DNA of 64,000 bases from an uncultured Gemmatimonadaceae bacterium (lineage in GTDB: Bacteria > Gemmatimonadota > Gemmatimonadetes > Gemmatimonadales > Gemmatimonadaceae): contig CAWGJO010000012.1 in NCBI GenBank assembly GCA_963822945.1, positions 32,001-96,000 of the forward strand, in the 5' to 3' direction. The notes under the pieces are model-generated. The model had not been told where the DNA came from. It worked only from the letters and a program-made list of their open reading frames with translations, and ran no database searches. A program made the translations under genes and the position numbers. Of the stretch, positions 11,035 through 21,696 are shown one piece after another (within the stretch, counting starts at the first letter, position 1; the number at the start of each line of letters is the position of its first letter).

Positions 11035-11952
11035 TCATCCCTCCTCGTCCCCCAGCCACCAGCGATCGGCAACTCGCGCCGAGTCGGGGCGTTCGGGATC
11101 GAGCCGCGTGACCCGCTCCCCTTTCAATTGATTCCGGAACCAGGTGCGCTGGCGCTTGGCGTACTGCCGCGTCTCGATGATCGCCGACTCCCGTCCGCGC
11201 TCGAGGGACGTCGCGCCCTCTGCTACAGACCGCATGATGCCGTATCCCGTTGCTTTCCACGCCGGCGCGTCTCCCGGAACCAACGCCGAGAGGTGTCGAG
11301 CTTCGTCCACCCACCCGGCCGCCAGCATCGCGTCCACGCGGGCCTCGATGCGCCCCGCCAGGGAATTCCCCGGGTCCACGAGAAGATAGCGCGCGCGCCA
11401 CCGCGGCGGACGTGCCCGCTCGCGGTGAAGGGCGCTGACCGGTCGCCCGGTGAGCAGCGCGATCTCGATGGCGCGCAATAGCTGCGTGCGGCCCAGGTGC
11501 GCTCGTGCGGGATCCAACGCCCGGCACCAGCGTCGCAGCTCCTCGATCCGCATGGTCCCGAGCACTTCCGCCAACGCGGTGCGCCGCGCGGGATCCAGCG
11601 CCGGTTCGTCGAACAACGGCCCGAACAGCGCGCGCAGATAGAACCCGGTACCGCCCACGAGCAGCGGCGTGCGACCGGCGGCCACGGCCTGTTCGATCCA
11701 TCGTTCCGCATCCCCGGCCCACGCCGCCGCCGAATAGCGCTCGGTGGGTTCGCAGACGTCGATGCCGTAGTGGGGCACGCGCCGCCGTTCTTCCGCTGTC
11801 GGTTTGGCCGTGCCGATGTCGAAGCCGCGGTAGATCTGCCGGGAGTCCGCGCTGATGATGGCCCCGGCATGTCGCTCGGCCAGCGCGAGGGCGATGGCGG
11901 ACTTGCCGGCCGCCGTGGGACCGCAGATGACGCGGACGCTACTTTCGTCCAA
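11035..11952 (-). CDS. miaA: tRNA dimethylallyltransferase
   Basis: GPTAAGKS, ADSRQIY, DIGTAKP, VGGTGFY, YAKRQRTWF. Confidence 0.97.
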   Translation of the reverse strand: MDESSVRVICGPTAAGKSAIALALAERHAGAIISADSRQIYRGFDIGTAKPTAEERRRVPHYGIDVCEPTERYSAAAWAGDAERWIEQAVAAGRTPLLVGGTGFYLRALFGPLFDEPALDPARRTALAEVLGTMRIEELRRWCRALDPARAHLGRTQLLRAIEIALLTGRPVSALHRERARPPRWRARYLLVDPGNSLAGRIEARVDAMLAAGWVDEARHLSALVPGDAPAWKATGYGIMRSVAEGATSLERGRESAIIETRQYAKRQRTWFRNQLKGERVTRLDPERPDSARVADRWWLGDEEG

Positions 11953-13726
11953 AGCGGCGCTCGAGCTCGTCCCACGACAGCTGCACCACCGTGGACCGTC
12001 CGTGCACGTCGTGCGCGGGGAGCGTCGTGCGGCTGAGGTCGACGAACAGCGCCCGCATCTCGCCCGGGGAAAGGGAGTCGCCGGCCTTGATGGCGGCCTT
12101 GCACGCGACGGTGGCCGCGAGCCGCTCGTGCCGTTGGGCTACGGCGGCGAACCGATCGCCGGTGAGCGCGCCGAGCGTCTCGCGCAGGCAGCGCTCGGCC
12201 TCGAATCGCGGGTGCGGCATCGGGACGCTCCGCACGATCAGGGTGTGCCCACCGAACCCTTCGATGTCGAAACCCAGTTGCTCGAACAGCGTCCGATTCT
12301 CATCGAACGCCTCCGCCTCGGCGGGGCCGAGGTGGAGCGTCATCGGAAAGAGCAGATGCTGCGCCGGCGCTTCGCCCCGTGTCAGGACGCGCATGAACTG
12401 TTCGTACAACACGCGCTCATGCGCCGAATGCTGATCGATCAGGACGACCCCGCCCTCCCCCTCGAACATGATGTACGTGCGGCGGAGTTGCAGGAGCGGC
12501 GGGACGGGAATGTCCGGTTCGGCTCCCACCGACGCGAGCGACGGGGGCGCCGCGGGGTCGCGCGGCGACTCGCCCGGCGCGTCGTCTGCGAACAGCCCCT
12601 CCCCCGGCTGCCGTGTGGGTCGCAGCGCCTCGACATCCACGGCCGGAGACGCGTCCCGCGGTGCTCCCGGCAACGGTATCGGCGGCCGGCCGATGACGGC
12701 CCCGGCATCGAGCGTGCCCAGCGCGCGCCGCACGGCGTCTTCCACCACGCGCTCCAGCGGCCACCGATCGCGGAACCGCACCTCGGCCTTGGCCGGGTGA
12801 ACGTTCACGTCCACCGCGTCGGCGGCCACCACCACGTCGAGGAAGAGCGTGGGGCGCACCCCGGCGGGGATGGTCGACTTGTAGGCGGATTCGGCGGCGC
12901 GCACCAATCCGTGGTCTCGCACCGCCCGTCCGTTCACGGAGATGAAGACACGCCGGCCGGCGATGCCGACGTCGGCCGGGCGCTCGACCAGTCCGGAAAC
13001 CCGCGTGGAGCCGCGCACGTCTTCCACGTCGAGCAGCCGCTCGGCATACTCTCCGCCCCACAGCGCCGCCAACCGGGCCCGCCGCGACGTCGCCGCCGGC
13101 AGGGACATCACGTTCTTGCCGTCGTGCGTGAGGGTCAGCCGGACGTCCGTCCGCGTGAGCGCCACGTTGGTCACCGCATCCAGCACGGCGCGCCATTCGG
13201 CGCGCGCTCCCCGCATGAACTTGAGCCGCGCCGGCGCGTTGTAGAACAGGTGCGCCACCGAAACCGTCGTGCCACGGCGCCGCGCCGCCTCGGCGGTCTC
13301 CTCCACGACGCCGCCGGCCGCGCGCACCCGCGTGCCGGCGCCGTCGCGCAGCGCGGTTTCGATTTCGAGTTGCGACACCGAGCAGATGGCCGGCAGCGCC
13401 TCGCCCCGGAAGCCGAAGCTGGAGACGCCGACCAGATCGTGCGCGCTCCGGATCTTCGAGGTGGCGTGCCGGGAAAGGGCGAGCACGGCATCCGCGCGTC
13501 CCATTCCCACACCGTCGTCGCTCACCCGGATGCGGCGGCGTCCTCCCTCCTCGACGTCGATCTCGATGGATGTGGCGCCGGCATCGAGCGCATTCTCGAT
13601 GAGTTCCTTGACCACCGAGGCGGGCCGCTCCACGACTTCGCCGGCCGCGATCTGGTCGGCGACCTCGCTCGGGAGGACGGCAATGCGGGGGACGCCGGAC
13701 GCGGTCGGTTCAGAAGAAGCGGACAT
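11939..13726 (-). CDS. mutL: DNA mismatch repair endonuclease MutL
   Basis: IAAGEVVERP, HATSKI, GFRGEAL, DVNVHPAK, DQHSAHER, ACKAAIK. Confidence 0.97.
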   Translation of the reverse strand: MSASSEPTASGVPRIAVLPSEVADQIAAGEVVERPASVVKELIENALDAGATSIEIDVEEGGRRRIRVSDDGVGMGRADAVLALSRHATSKIRSAHDLVGVSSFGFRGEALPAICSVSQLEIETALRDGAGTRVRAAGGVVEETAEAARRRGTTVSVAHLFYNAPARLKFMRGARAEWRAVLDAVTNVALTRTDVRLTLTHDGKNVMSLPAATSRRARLAALWGGEYAERLLDVEDVRGSTRVSGLVERPADVGIAGRRVFISVNGRAVRDHGLVRAAESAYKSTIPAGVRPTLFLDVVVAADAVDVNVHPAKAEVRFRDRWPLERVVEDAVRRALGTLDAGAVIGRPPIPLPGAPRDASPAVDVEALRPTRQPGEGLFADDAPGESPRDPAAPPSLASVGAEPDIPVPPLLQLRRTYIMFEGEGGVVLIDQHSAHERVLYEQFMRVLTRGEAPAQHLLFPMTLHLGPAEAEAFDENRTLFEQLGFDIEGFGGHTLIVRSVPMPHPRFEAERCLRETLGALTGDRFAAVAQRHERLAATVACKAAIKAGDSLSPGEMRALFVDLSRTTLPAHDVHGRSTVVQLSWDELERRFGRK

Positions 13727-13733
13727 CGCGTGC

Positions 13734-13763
13734 AAGCTACCGGATGCGCGCGCCGAGCGTCAA
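13734..13763 (-). promoter_or_regulatory. mutL promoter, probably leaderless
   Basis: TTGACG-N18-TAGCTT ending 7 nt before ATG at 13726. Confidence 0.6.
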
Positions 13764-16150
13764 TCGACCGCCGGGGATATGGATGCGTCGAGCGAGGCGA
13801 GCCCCTCCACCGGAATCCATCCCTGCCGCCCGCCGTCGAGTTCCACGCGGTCCCACGCGCCATGCTGCGAGAGGACGCGCACCATCTCGCCGGTCACCGC
13901 CGTGGCGCCACGCCCGGCCCCGAGGGCGGGATCCGCGCTGAGCATCGTATCGGTCCGGACGATTGCTACTCCGCGCGCCGAGAGGCGCCCGCCCAGGGCG
14001 ATGGCGCTGAGGCCGAGCAATGCCGCCGCCCCGGCCAGGGACGCGGGCCACCGATGCGCCCACGGCCAGCGCCGCCGGAACGACGGGTGCCACATCAGGC
14101 AGGCCGCCAGCCAGCAGACTGCCATCAGCCATAGCACCGCATTCAATGGCACCGGCGGCACATAGCCGGGCGAACTCCAACGCAATCCGTGGACCAGGCC
14201 CAGCCGGCTGCGCGCGTCGCCGGCGAGCGGCTGGAGCCCGAGACCGCGGCGCCAGCCGAGCACGGCACCCACCGTGTCGTGCACGGCCCACGATGCCGTT
14301 CCCAGATTCACCCACCCGTCCGCGGCGCGGGGCGCCACCGCGACCACGCGAGCAAAGGCCGCCCGGGCCCCCGGGAAGTCATGCTCCTGATAGGCCACCA
14401 CCCCATCCGAAAACGCGTCGGCGGCCGTCGCGGCCTGCACGGCCTGAAGCGTGCCGCCGACGGCCACGGCCAGCGTCAGCGCCAGGGCGATGAACCGGAA
14501 CGGGAGTTCGCGGCGCGGCAGTGCTTCGTCGTCGATCCGGCGGACCAGGGCGATGGCCGTCACGCCGGCACCGTCTGCCAGCCTCCCGTCCGCCGAGAAC
14601 GCTGCGGCGTCGAGACCGCGCAGGAGCGCTTCCGCTTCGTCCGCGGTGGCGGTAGAAACTCCCGCTCTCCGCAGCATCCGCCGGAGTTCGCCAGCCGTCG
14701 TGAACGCTTCGGCCTCGATACCCAGCCGGTCGGCGAGGGCCGTCACGAACGCCCGCCGCAGTGCCGGCCCGTTCCGTGCATCGGCGGCGGCGACGGCGGA
14801 TTCCAGACGCGCCACCGGCGTGATCGTACGCCCTCCGCGCGATCGGCGGCGATCGCGCCAGCGCGCACGCACGGCCGGTAGCGGCACGAGCGCGAGCACG
14901 AGCCAGAACACCGGATTGGACGAGAGCGGCGTTCCGGTCTGCCCGTCGTACACCGTGCGCACGGGGAGCGCCGCCTCCCGATGACTCGTATCGACCGCCG
15001 CCAGCGTTCCCGGCGCAATGCGCACCGTTTCCGATCGCGAGCGGGCCACCGCGTAGCGCCGCGTCTGCGGGTCGAAGTAGGCGTACTGGACGGGCGGCAC
15101 GTCGAGTTCGCCGGCGATCCGCGGCGTGAGGATCCAGTCGAACTCCTTACTGCCGCCGATGTGCGCGGCCGCCGAGTCGACGTGCACCCGCTCGTCGGAG
15201 GCGACGGCCGAGGCCCATGGAATGCTGAGCCGCGGCCGCGGCAGCAGCTTGACGTTCCCGGTGCCGGACACGCGCACGGTGATGGTCAGGGGGTCGCCGA
15301 CGCGGCCGGTGGCCGACGCGACGCGCGTATCGAGGCGGAACCGGCCGACCGCGCCGTCGAAGTCCGCGGGCCGGCCGGTCTCCGGGGGCTCGAGCGCAAC
15401 GATGACCGCGCTGTCGGTCTGCAGTTCGTGTGAGACCTCGTGGCTGAAGAAGCTGGCGCCGCTGGGGAGGGAATAGGTCAGCTGCGCCGGCGGAATCACC
15501 AGGCGTCCGGGTTGCAGCGGGAAGAGCGCGCGACGATACACGAGCGCGTCGAAGCAGCTCGACGTGCCGCCGGAATGACGCTCGGTCCCGGCCCCGGGAA
15601 CGTCGTAGGCGAGCATGGACTGCATGTCGGGCGGATAGAACGTGGGATTCCGGCGGAGACGGTTCCGGACCGCGGCATTCAGGAACACGGTGACCGTGTA
15701 GTCGGCCTGCTGGCCCACGTACACCGTTTCCGGCGCCGCCCGGCGCAGATCGGGACGATCGACGGTGCCGATGTGGGCCCGCGTGATCACGGTCGGCGTG
15801 GCATCGGCGGACGCCGGCAACACGCGGACGTGCAGCGGCGCGGTGTGGGCCGTGGCCGTGCCCAGTCGCGCCTCGAACGACGGGATCGTGTATTCGCCCA
15901 GCCTGTCGGTGACGAGAACGTATCGGTACTCGACCGTCACGGACGGGACGGCACGCGAGTCGCGCTCCACGTGGGGCATGACGGCCGATCGCATGATGTC
16001 GAACGGCGCGAACGACGGCGCCACGAGCCGCGGGATTGCCGAGCCGGGGGCCGAGACGGCGACCGACACCTCGAGCGGTTCGCAGGCGCCGACCGTATCC
16101 GCCGCGTGGGCGACCATCGCCAACTGGGCGATCAGGAGCACACCGATCAC
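13760..16150 (-). CDS. BatD-like protein fused to a BatE-like TPR/SH3 C-terminus
   Basis: Signal peptide, Ig-like repeats (GAVGRF, VSGTGN), TM helices, TPR, C-terminal GRQGWIP; Bat operon context. Confidence 0.8.
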   Translation of the reverse strand: MIGVLLIAQLAMVAHAADTVGACEPLEVSVAVSAPGSAIPRLVAPSFAPFDIMRSAVMPHVERDSRAVPSVTVEYRYVLVTDRLGEYTIPSFEARLGTATAHTAPLHVRVLPASADATPTVITRAHIGTVDRPDLRRAAPETVYVGQQADYTVTVFLNAAVRNRLRRNPTFYPPDMQSMLAYDVPGAGTERHSGGTSSCFDALVYRRALFPLQPGRLVIPPAQLTYSLPSGASFFSHEVSHELQTDSAVIVALEPPETGRPADFDGAVGRFRLDTRVASATGRVGDPLTITVRVSGTGNVKLLPRPRLSIPWASAVASDERVHVDSAAAHIGGSKEFDWILTPRIAGELDVPPVQYAYFDPQTRRYAVARSRSETVRIAPGTLAAVDTSHREAALPVRTVYDGQTGTPLSSNPVFWLVLALVPLPAVRARWRDRRRSRGGRTITPVARLESAVAAADARNGPALRRAFVTALADRLGIEAEAFTTAGELRRMLRRAGVSTATADEAEALLRGLDAAAFSADGRLADGAGVTAIALVRRIDDEALPRRELPFRFIALALTLAVAVGGTLQAVQAATAADAFSDGVVAYQEHDFPGARAAFARVVAVAPRAADGWVNLGTASWAVHDTVGAVLGWRRGLGLQPLAGDARSRLGLVHGLRWSSPGYVPPVPLNAVLWLMAVCWLAACLMWHPSFRRRWPWAHRWPASLAGAAALLGLSAIALGGRLSARGVAIVRTDTMLSADPALGAGRGATAVTGEMVRVLSQHGAWDRVELDGGRQGWIPVEGLASLDASISPAVD

Positions 16151-16151
16151 G

Positions 16152-17828
16152 CTACCAGTCCTTCCCGTTGGGCGGCACCTGGGCCGACGTCTTGTGCTGC
16201 TGTTTCGCCTGCACGTCGCGCTCGTCGCGGGCCGCGCTGGCCAGGAGTTGGCGCGCCTGATTCAGCCCCAGACCGCCGCGCGGCGGGGACTGCGATGCAG
16301 GCGACGGATTCTCGTTGTTCTGTCCCCCGCCCCCGCCCCCACCACCGCCGCTCTGTGACTGCCTGGCGTGCAGGGCGAGTTCATAATTCCATTTCGCATC
16401 CACATCATCGCTGCGCATGAGCAGCACCTTCTTGTAGGCCGCGAGCGCCGCATCGAGATCGTCTCCGCCGCCCGTCGTGGCCTTGAGCCCGCGGCGCAGA
16501 TGCGCCAGTCCCAGGTTGAACAGTGCGCGATAGCGCAGCTCGGCGTCCGGCAGATCGACGACCCGCTCGAAGGCCTCGACGGCCTGTTCCACCGAGTCGG
16601 TGGCCAGATACGCCGTGCCGTAGTCGTAGATCGTTCGCGGACGTTGGTCGCCGTGCGCGATGGCGTTCCGGTACAGCCGCACCGCCTGGGGGTACTGTCC
16701 CGATTCATAGGCGGTCGCGGCATCCCTGGACTCCTGCGTGCCGGCGCAGCTCCCCAGGAAGACGGCCATGACGAGCGCCGCCGCCGTCGCCGTGGCCGGC
16801 GTCAACACACGGACCGCCCCCTCGCGCCGACGGCGGTCGGTCACGAACACATCGAGCAGGAGCAGGAGCACCGCAGGCAGCAGGAAGAGTTGGAACCGCG
16901 GGACGCGGGCGTCTCCGCCGAGCACCGAATGCCGGGCCGTCCGCAGCGACGACAGCGCCTGGCGAATGCGGGCCGCCTTGTCGGTGGTCGCGGCGTCGAT
17001 GAAGGTGCCGTGCGCGGCGGTGGCCGCGGCCTTCAGCATCCCGGGAACGTAGTGCGTGACGACGATGGCCCCGTTCTGATCGCGCTTGAACGTCATCGTC
17101 CCATTGGCGGCCTTGATCGGGATGGTGGATCCCTGGGTGGTCCCGAACCCGACGGTGACCAGCGCAATCCCCTTGTCGGCCGCGCGGCGCGCGGCGGCGA
17201 CCACATCGGCCTCGGGCTCGAACGCCTCGCCGTCGCTCATCACGACGAGCGCCCGGTCGGCGCCGTCGTTGCTCAACGACAACAGGTCGGTGCCCTGGCG
17301 GATGGCCGAGGAGAGCGAGCTGCCGCCCTGCCCGACGATCGACGGATCGAGATTGTCGAGGAAGAGATCGAGCGCGCTCTCGTCCACGGTGAGCGGCGAC
17401 AGCACATAGCTGCGCCCCGCGAATACGATGAGTCCGATGCGGTCACCGGACGACATGGCGCGCAGGCGCCGCACCTCTTCCTTCATCCGCTCGAGGCGGT
17501 CGGGCTTCACGTCGGTGGCGCGCATCGAGAGCGACGCGTCGAGCGCCAGTACCATGTCGAACCCGCGCGTGCGGTCGACCGCCCGTTCGAAACCCCAGCG
17601 CGGCCCCGCCAGCGCGATGCCCCCCAGCGCGCAGGCCCCGGCGAGCCGCGCCGTCCGCCATCCGGTTGCCCGCGCCAGTCCCGCCGGCATGAGGCGCGAC
17701 ACGACGTCCAGATCGCCGAAGCGGGCGAGGCGCTGGCGCCGCCGCCGGTCGGCGCGCCACAGCGCCACCGCGATCACGGCCGGCAGCACGACGGCGAGCC
17801 CGAGCAGCCAGGGATAGTCGATGGTCAT
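16152..17828 (-). CDS. VWA + TPR protein (BatB/BatC-like)
   Basis: MIDAS DASLSM, MSDGE, TVGFGT; TPRs ending DAKWNYEL; C-terminal GKDW; start MTIDYP at 17828. Confidence 0.88.
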   Translation of the reverse strand: MTIDYPWLLGLAVVLPAVIAVALWRADRRRRQRLARFGDLDVVSRLMPAGLARATGWRTARLAGACALGGIALAGPRWGFERAVDRTRGFDMVLALDASLSMRATDVKPDRLERMKEEVRRLRAMSSGDRIGLIVFAGRSYVLSPLTVDESALDLFLDNLDPSIVGQGGSSLSSAIRQGTDLLSLSNDGADRALVVMSDGEAFEPEADVVAAARRAADKGIALVTVGFGTTQGSTIPIKAANGTMTFKRDQNGAIVVTHYVPGMLKAAATAAHGTFIDAATTDKAARIRQALSSLRTARHSVLGGDARVPRFQLFLLPAVLLLLLDVFVTDRRRREGAVRVLTPATATAAALVMAVFLGSCAGTQESRDAATAYESGQYPQAVRLYRNAIAHGDQRPRTIYDYGTAYLATDSVEQAVEAFERVVDLPDAELRYRALFNLGLAHLRRGLKATTGGGDDLDAALAAYKKVLLMRSDDVDAKWNYELALHARQSQSGGGGGGGGGQNNENPSPASQSPPRGGLGLNQARQLLASAARDERDVQAKQQHKTSAQVPPNGKDW

Positions 17829-18818
17829 GGCAGGGGCGCCTTCCACGCCGAGAGCCCCAGTTCGAACAACAGGCCGAGCAGCGCCAAGCCCAGCGGCCAG
17901 CGATAGAGTTCCGTGTAGCGCACGTAGGTCGTGGTCTGCACCGGCACCCGCTCGAGCTGATCGATCTGCTGGTAGATGCGACGCAGCGCCTCGGCATCTC
18001 GGGCCCGGAAGTACCGGCCGCCGGTGATGTTCGCGACGTCCGTCAGCAATTTCTCGTCGATCTCCACGGGCCGGTTCTCGTAGCGCAGACCGAACAGCCC
18101 GCGTCCCACCGGCACCGGCGCCATGCCCTCGGTGCCGACGCCGATCGTGTAGATCTTGATGCCGAAGTCGGCGGCCGCGCGCGCCGCCGTCCGTGGATCG
18201 ATCGACCCGCGGTTGTTCACGCCGTCGGTCAGCAGGATCATCACGCGCGACCGCCCGGGCGCCTCGCGCAACCGGTTGGCCGCGGTGGCGATCGCCGTCC
18301 CGATGGCCGTCCCGTCCTCGAGTTGACCGGCCTGCAGATTGTCCACCGCCGCGTTCACCACCGGGTAGTCGGTGGTGAGCGGCACCTGCGTGAGCGCCTC
18401 GGCCGCAAACGCGACGATGCCGATGCGATCGCTGGACCGCTCGGCGATGAACTGCTTGACCGTCCGCTTGGCGACCTCGAGTCGATTGTCCGGCTGGAAA
18501 TCCTGCGACAGCATGGAGCTCGAGAGATCGATCGCGATGACGATGTTGATCCCTTCGCTCGTCACGTTCTCGGCCCGCGCGCCCGCCCGCGGCCGGGCGA
18601 GGGCGAGTATGGCCAGCAGCAGGATGGCGTTCCGCATGCCGGTGAGGAGCCGCGACCAGCGCCGGCCGTCCGCCCGACACCGCGGCCAGGGCGGCGACGC
18701 GGGAGAAGACGATTCCGGATTCGCGATGCCGGCGCCGCCACCACCACCACGCCGGCAGGGCGAGCAGCAGCGTGAGGGCGAGAGGCGTCACCCACTCCAC
18801 GTGCCAGCCCGGGATCAT
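17825..18818 (-). CDS. VWA domain protein BatA-like (+1 frameshift near 18670)
   Basis: N-terminal TM/FS motif in one frame; LARP, DLSSSM, LLTDG, IYTIGVG in the other. Confidence 0.88.
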
Positions 18819-19735
18819 GCGGCCTCCGTTCCGGGAGCCGGCGTCGAAGCCACATGCTCATGCGTCACCACGGCGCGCGCTTCACGGGCCAACTCCAGCG
18901 CCCGGTCGGTGGTCAGGCCCCGCCGGGCGAACTTCACGAGGTCGGCCTCGGACAGCAGCCGCGCCAGGCGCTCGTGAGGAACGGTCGGCGCCTCGGCGAT
19001 CTCGCGGAGGAGTTCATCGGTGGTGAGCGAGAGCGAGGCCAGCGCGAACCGTCCGTGCAGGTAGTCGCGCACCACCTCGACCACCAGCGACACGTACCGC
19101 CCGCGTTCGCCGGCCTCCACCAGTCCCAGCGCCGCGATGCGGGTGAACTCCCGCTCGGCGCGTTCGAACGGGCTCGCCGGGGGACGCCGCGGCCGCCCGA
19201 GCTCCTGCCGGCGCCGGCGCCAGGCGAGCCACGCCACGAAGGCGATGAACGCGAGCACGGCGAGGATCCACCAGGGGAAGGCGCGCCCCACGAACAGTGC
19301 GCGCGCCGGCTTTGGGGTCCGGCGGCTCGAATCGTCCGGCAGCACACTCTTCACGAAGACGGTGAGACCGCGCAGCGGCAGTCGCTCCACGGTCGTGCCC
19401 GCCCGCACGATCACGTCGGGCATGTCGAGCGCGAGCGTCCCGACGTTCCAGGCCGCCAGCCGGTAGGTGGCCGTGCGATCCACGCTGTCGGCCACCTGGG
19501 CGCCGGCAAGGGCCCGCGGATCCAGCGCCTGCACCCAGGACGCGCTGTCGGGCCCGTCCGGAAAGGTCACGGTCCGTCCGGCGGCGGCCCGCACGTGAAC
19601 GGTCAATCGAAACGGCTGGCCGACGGTGACCGTGTCGGGGCGAATCGCGACCTCGAGGTGCGCCGGCGCCTGCGCCCGCGCACCCGCCGCCAGCAGCGAC
19701 AACAGCACGACCAGACCCGGCGCGCGCATGATCAC
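18815..19735 (-). CDS. Hypothetical membrane-anchored protein of the Bat cluster
   Basis: Signal peptide, Ig-like domain, TM, C-terminal ADLVKFA motif. Confidence 0.8.
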   Translation of the reverse strand: MIMRAPGLVVLLSLLAAGARAQAPAHLEVAIRPDTVTVGQPFRLTVHVRAAAGRTVTFPDGPDSASWVQALDPRALAGAQVADSVDRTATYRLAAWNVGTLALDMPDVIVRAGTTVERLPLRGLTVFVKSVLPDDSSRRTPKPARALFVGRAFPWWILAVLAFIAFVAWLAWRRRRQELGRPRRPPASPFERAEREFTRIAALGLVEAGERGRYVSLVVEVVRDYLHGRFALASLSLTTDELLREIAEAPTVPHERLARLLSEADLVKFARRGLTTDRALELAREARAVVTHEHVASTPAPGTEAA

Positions 19736-20646
19736 CGACGCCGCGCCCGCGTCTCGCGGGTCCGGAAGAAGCGGAGCAGCGGCTCGATGATCGGTGTCTC
19801 CGTGCGGATCGCCACCTCGTCGATGGACAGCCGGCGCAGGAGGTGGCGCCGGTGGTCCCGCTCGCCGTTCACCTGCTGCTCGTAGGCGGCGCGGAGGGAC
19901 GGGCTGCTCGTGTCGACGTCGATCATCGCCCCCGTCTCGGGGTCGACCAGCCGGGCGAGCCCCACATCGGGGAGGACGATTTCGGCCGGGTCCTCCACCG
20001 TCACGGCCACCACGTCGTGGCGCTGGGCCAGCAGCTTGAGCGGCCGCTCCACGTCGGCGCCCAGGAAGTCGGAGACCACGAACACGATGGCGGTGTGGGC
20101 CAGCATCTTGCCCAGGTAGTCGAGCGCGCCCGCGAGATCCGTCCCGAGGCCGACCGGCCGGAACACCAGCAGGTCGCGCAGCAGGCGCAGCGCATGCCGG
20201 CGGCCCTTCCGCGGCGGCACCACGTGTTCCACCCGGTCGGTGAAGAACAGGGTCCCGACACGGTCGTTGTTGCGGATGGCCGACATGGCGAGTACCGCCG
20301 CCAGTTCGGCGGCCACCTCGCTCTTGAACCGCCGGCGCGTACCGAATCGCTCCGACGCCGACATGTCGACGACGAGCATCACCGTCAGTTCGCGCTCCTC
20401 GATATAGCGCTTCACAAATGGGCGCTGCATGCGGGCGGTCACGTTCCAGTCGATGTTGCGCACCTCGTCGCCCACCTGGTACTCGCGGACCTCCGAGAAC
20501 TCCATGCCCTGCCCCTTGAACACGGAGCGGTACTCGCCCGCGAACAGCGCGTTCACCAGGCCGCGCGTGCGCAACTCGATCAGCCGCACCTGCCGGAGCA
20601 CGTCCGGCGGCACGAGTGCCGTACGCGAGGTGGCTGCCGGGGTCAC
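19732..20646 (-). CDS. DUF58 domain protein
   Basis: GQGMEFSEVREYQVGDEVRNIDWNVTAR. Confidence 0.93.
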   Translation of the reverse strand: MTPAATSRTALVPPDVLRQVRLIELRTRGLVNALFAGEYRSVFKGQGMEFSEVREYQVGDEVRNIDWNVTARMQRPFVKRYIEERELTVMLVVDMSASERFGTRRRFKSEVAAELAAVLAMSAIRNNDRVGTLFFTDRVEHVVPPRKGRRHALRLLRDLLVFRPVGLGTDLAGALDYLGKMLAHTAIVFVVSDFLGADVERPLKLLAQRHDVVAVTVEDPAEIVLPDVGLARLVDPETGAMIDVDTSSPSLRAAYEQQVNGERDHRRHLLRRLSIDEVAIRTETPIIEPLLRFFRTRETRARRR

Positions 20647-21662
20647 GGGCTCTCGATCTTGGCGAGGACGCGGCGGACGATCTCGTCCGGAGTGATCTCC
20701 TCCGCCTCGGCTTCGTACGTGGTGAGCACGCGATGCCGCAGCACGTCCGGCCCGATCGCCTTGACGTCGTCCGGCGTGACGAATGCGCGTCCGCGCAGGA
20801 ATGCGTGGGCCCGCGACGCCTGCGCCAGCGAGATCGTCGCGCGGGGACTGGCGCCGAACTCGATCAGCGGCACCAGGTCGGGCAGGCCCGCCGACGCCGG
20901 CTCGCGCGTGGCGTGCACGATGTCCACGATGTAGTCCACGATCCGATCGTCCATGTACAGATCGGCGATCCGCCCCCGGGCCTCGAGGATCGCCTGTGGC
21001 GTGGCCACGTGCTGCACCGCGATCGGCACGCCGCTCGCCATGCGCCGCATGATCTCCTTCTCCTCGTCGCGGCTCGGGTAGCCCACGCGCAACTTCAGCA
21101 TGAACCGATCCACCTGCGCTTCCGGCAGGGGATACGTGCCCTCCTGCTCGATGGGGTTCTGCGTGGCGAGCACGAGGAAGGGCTCGTCGAGCTTGTAGGT
21201 CGTGCCGCCGATGGTGACCTGCTTTTCCTGCATCGCCTCGAGCAGCGCCGCCTGCACCTTGGCGGGCGCCCGGTTGATCTCGTCGGCGAGAATGATGTTC
21301 GCGAAGATCGGCCCCTTCTTGACCACGAACTTGCCCGACGCCTGCTCGTACACCTGGGTCCCGAGTACGTCGGCGGGCAGCAGATCGGGCGTGAACTGGA
21401 TGCGCTGGAACGACGTGTCGATCGCCTCGGCGAGCGTCCGCACCGTGAGCGTCTTGGCGAGGCCCGGCACGCCTTCCAACAGCACGTGCCCACCCGTCAG
21501 CAGGCTGATCAGCAGGCGTTCGACCATGTAGTCCTGGCCGACGACGCGGCGGGCCACCTGATCGGTCACGTCGTGCACCAGGCGTGAGTCGGCGGATGAT
21601 GTCTGCTGTGATTCCACGACCGCTCCAGCAAGAGTTGATGTGGCGCTCGCACCCATTCCCAT
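20643..21662 (-). CDS. moxR: MoxR family AAA+ ATPase
   Basis: EGVPGLAKT, RIQFTPDLLP, DEINRAPAK, ATQNPIEQEGTYPLPEAQVDRF. Confidence 0.96.
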   Translation of the reverse strand: MGMGASATSTLAGAVVESQQTSSADSRLVHDVTDQVARRVVGQDYMVERLLISLLTGGHVLLEGVPGLAKTLTVRTLAEAIDTSFQRIQFTPDLLPADVLGTQVYEQASGKFVVKKGPIFANIILADEINRAPAKVQAALLEAMQEKQVTIGGTTYKLDEPFLVLATQNPIEQEGTYPLPEAQVDRFMLKLRVGYPSRDEEKEIMRRMASGVPIAVQHVATPQAILEARGRIADLYMDDRIVDYIVDIVHATREPASAGLPDLVPLIEFGASPRATISLAQASRAHAFLRGRAFVTPDDVKAIGPDVLRHRVLTTYEAEAEEITPDEIVRRVLAKIESP

Positions 21663-21696
21663 CAGTACCCCGCCGCCGGGCGGCGGTTCTCCCTAT

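Noticed and set aside
16152..18818. 888-aa ORF
   Set aside because: Joins the BatA N-terminus to BatB through an off-frame stretch caused by an indel.
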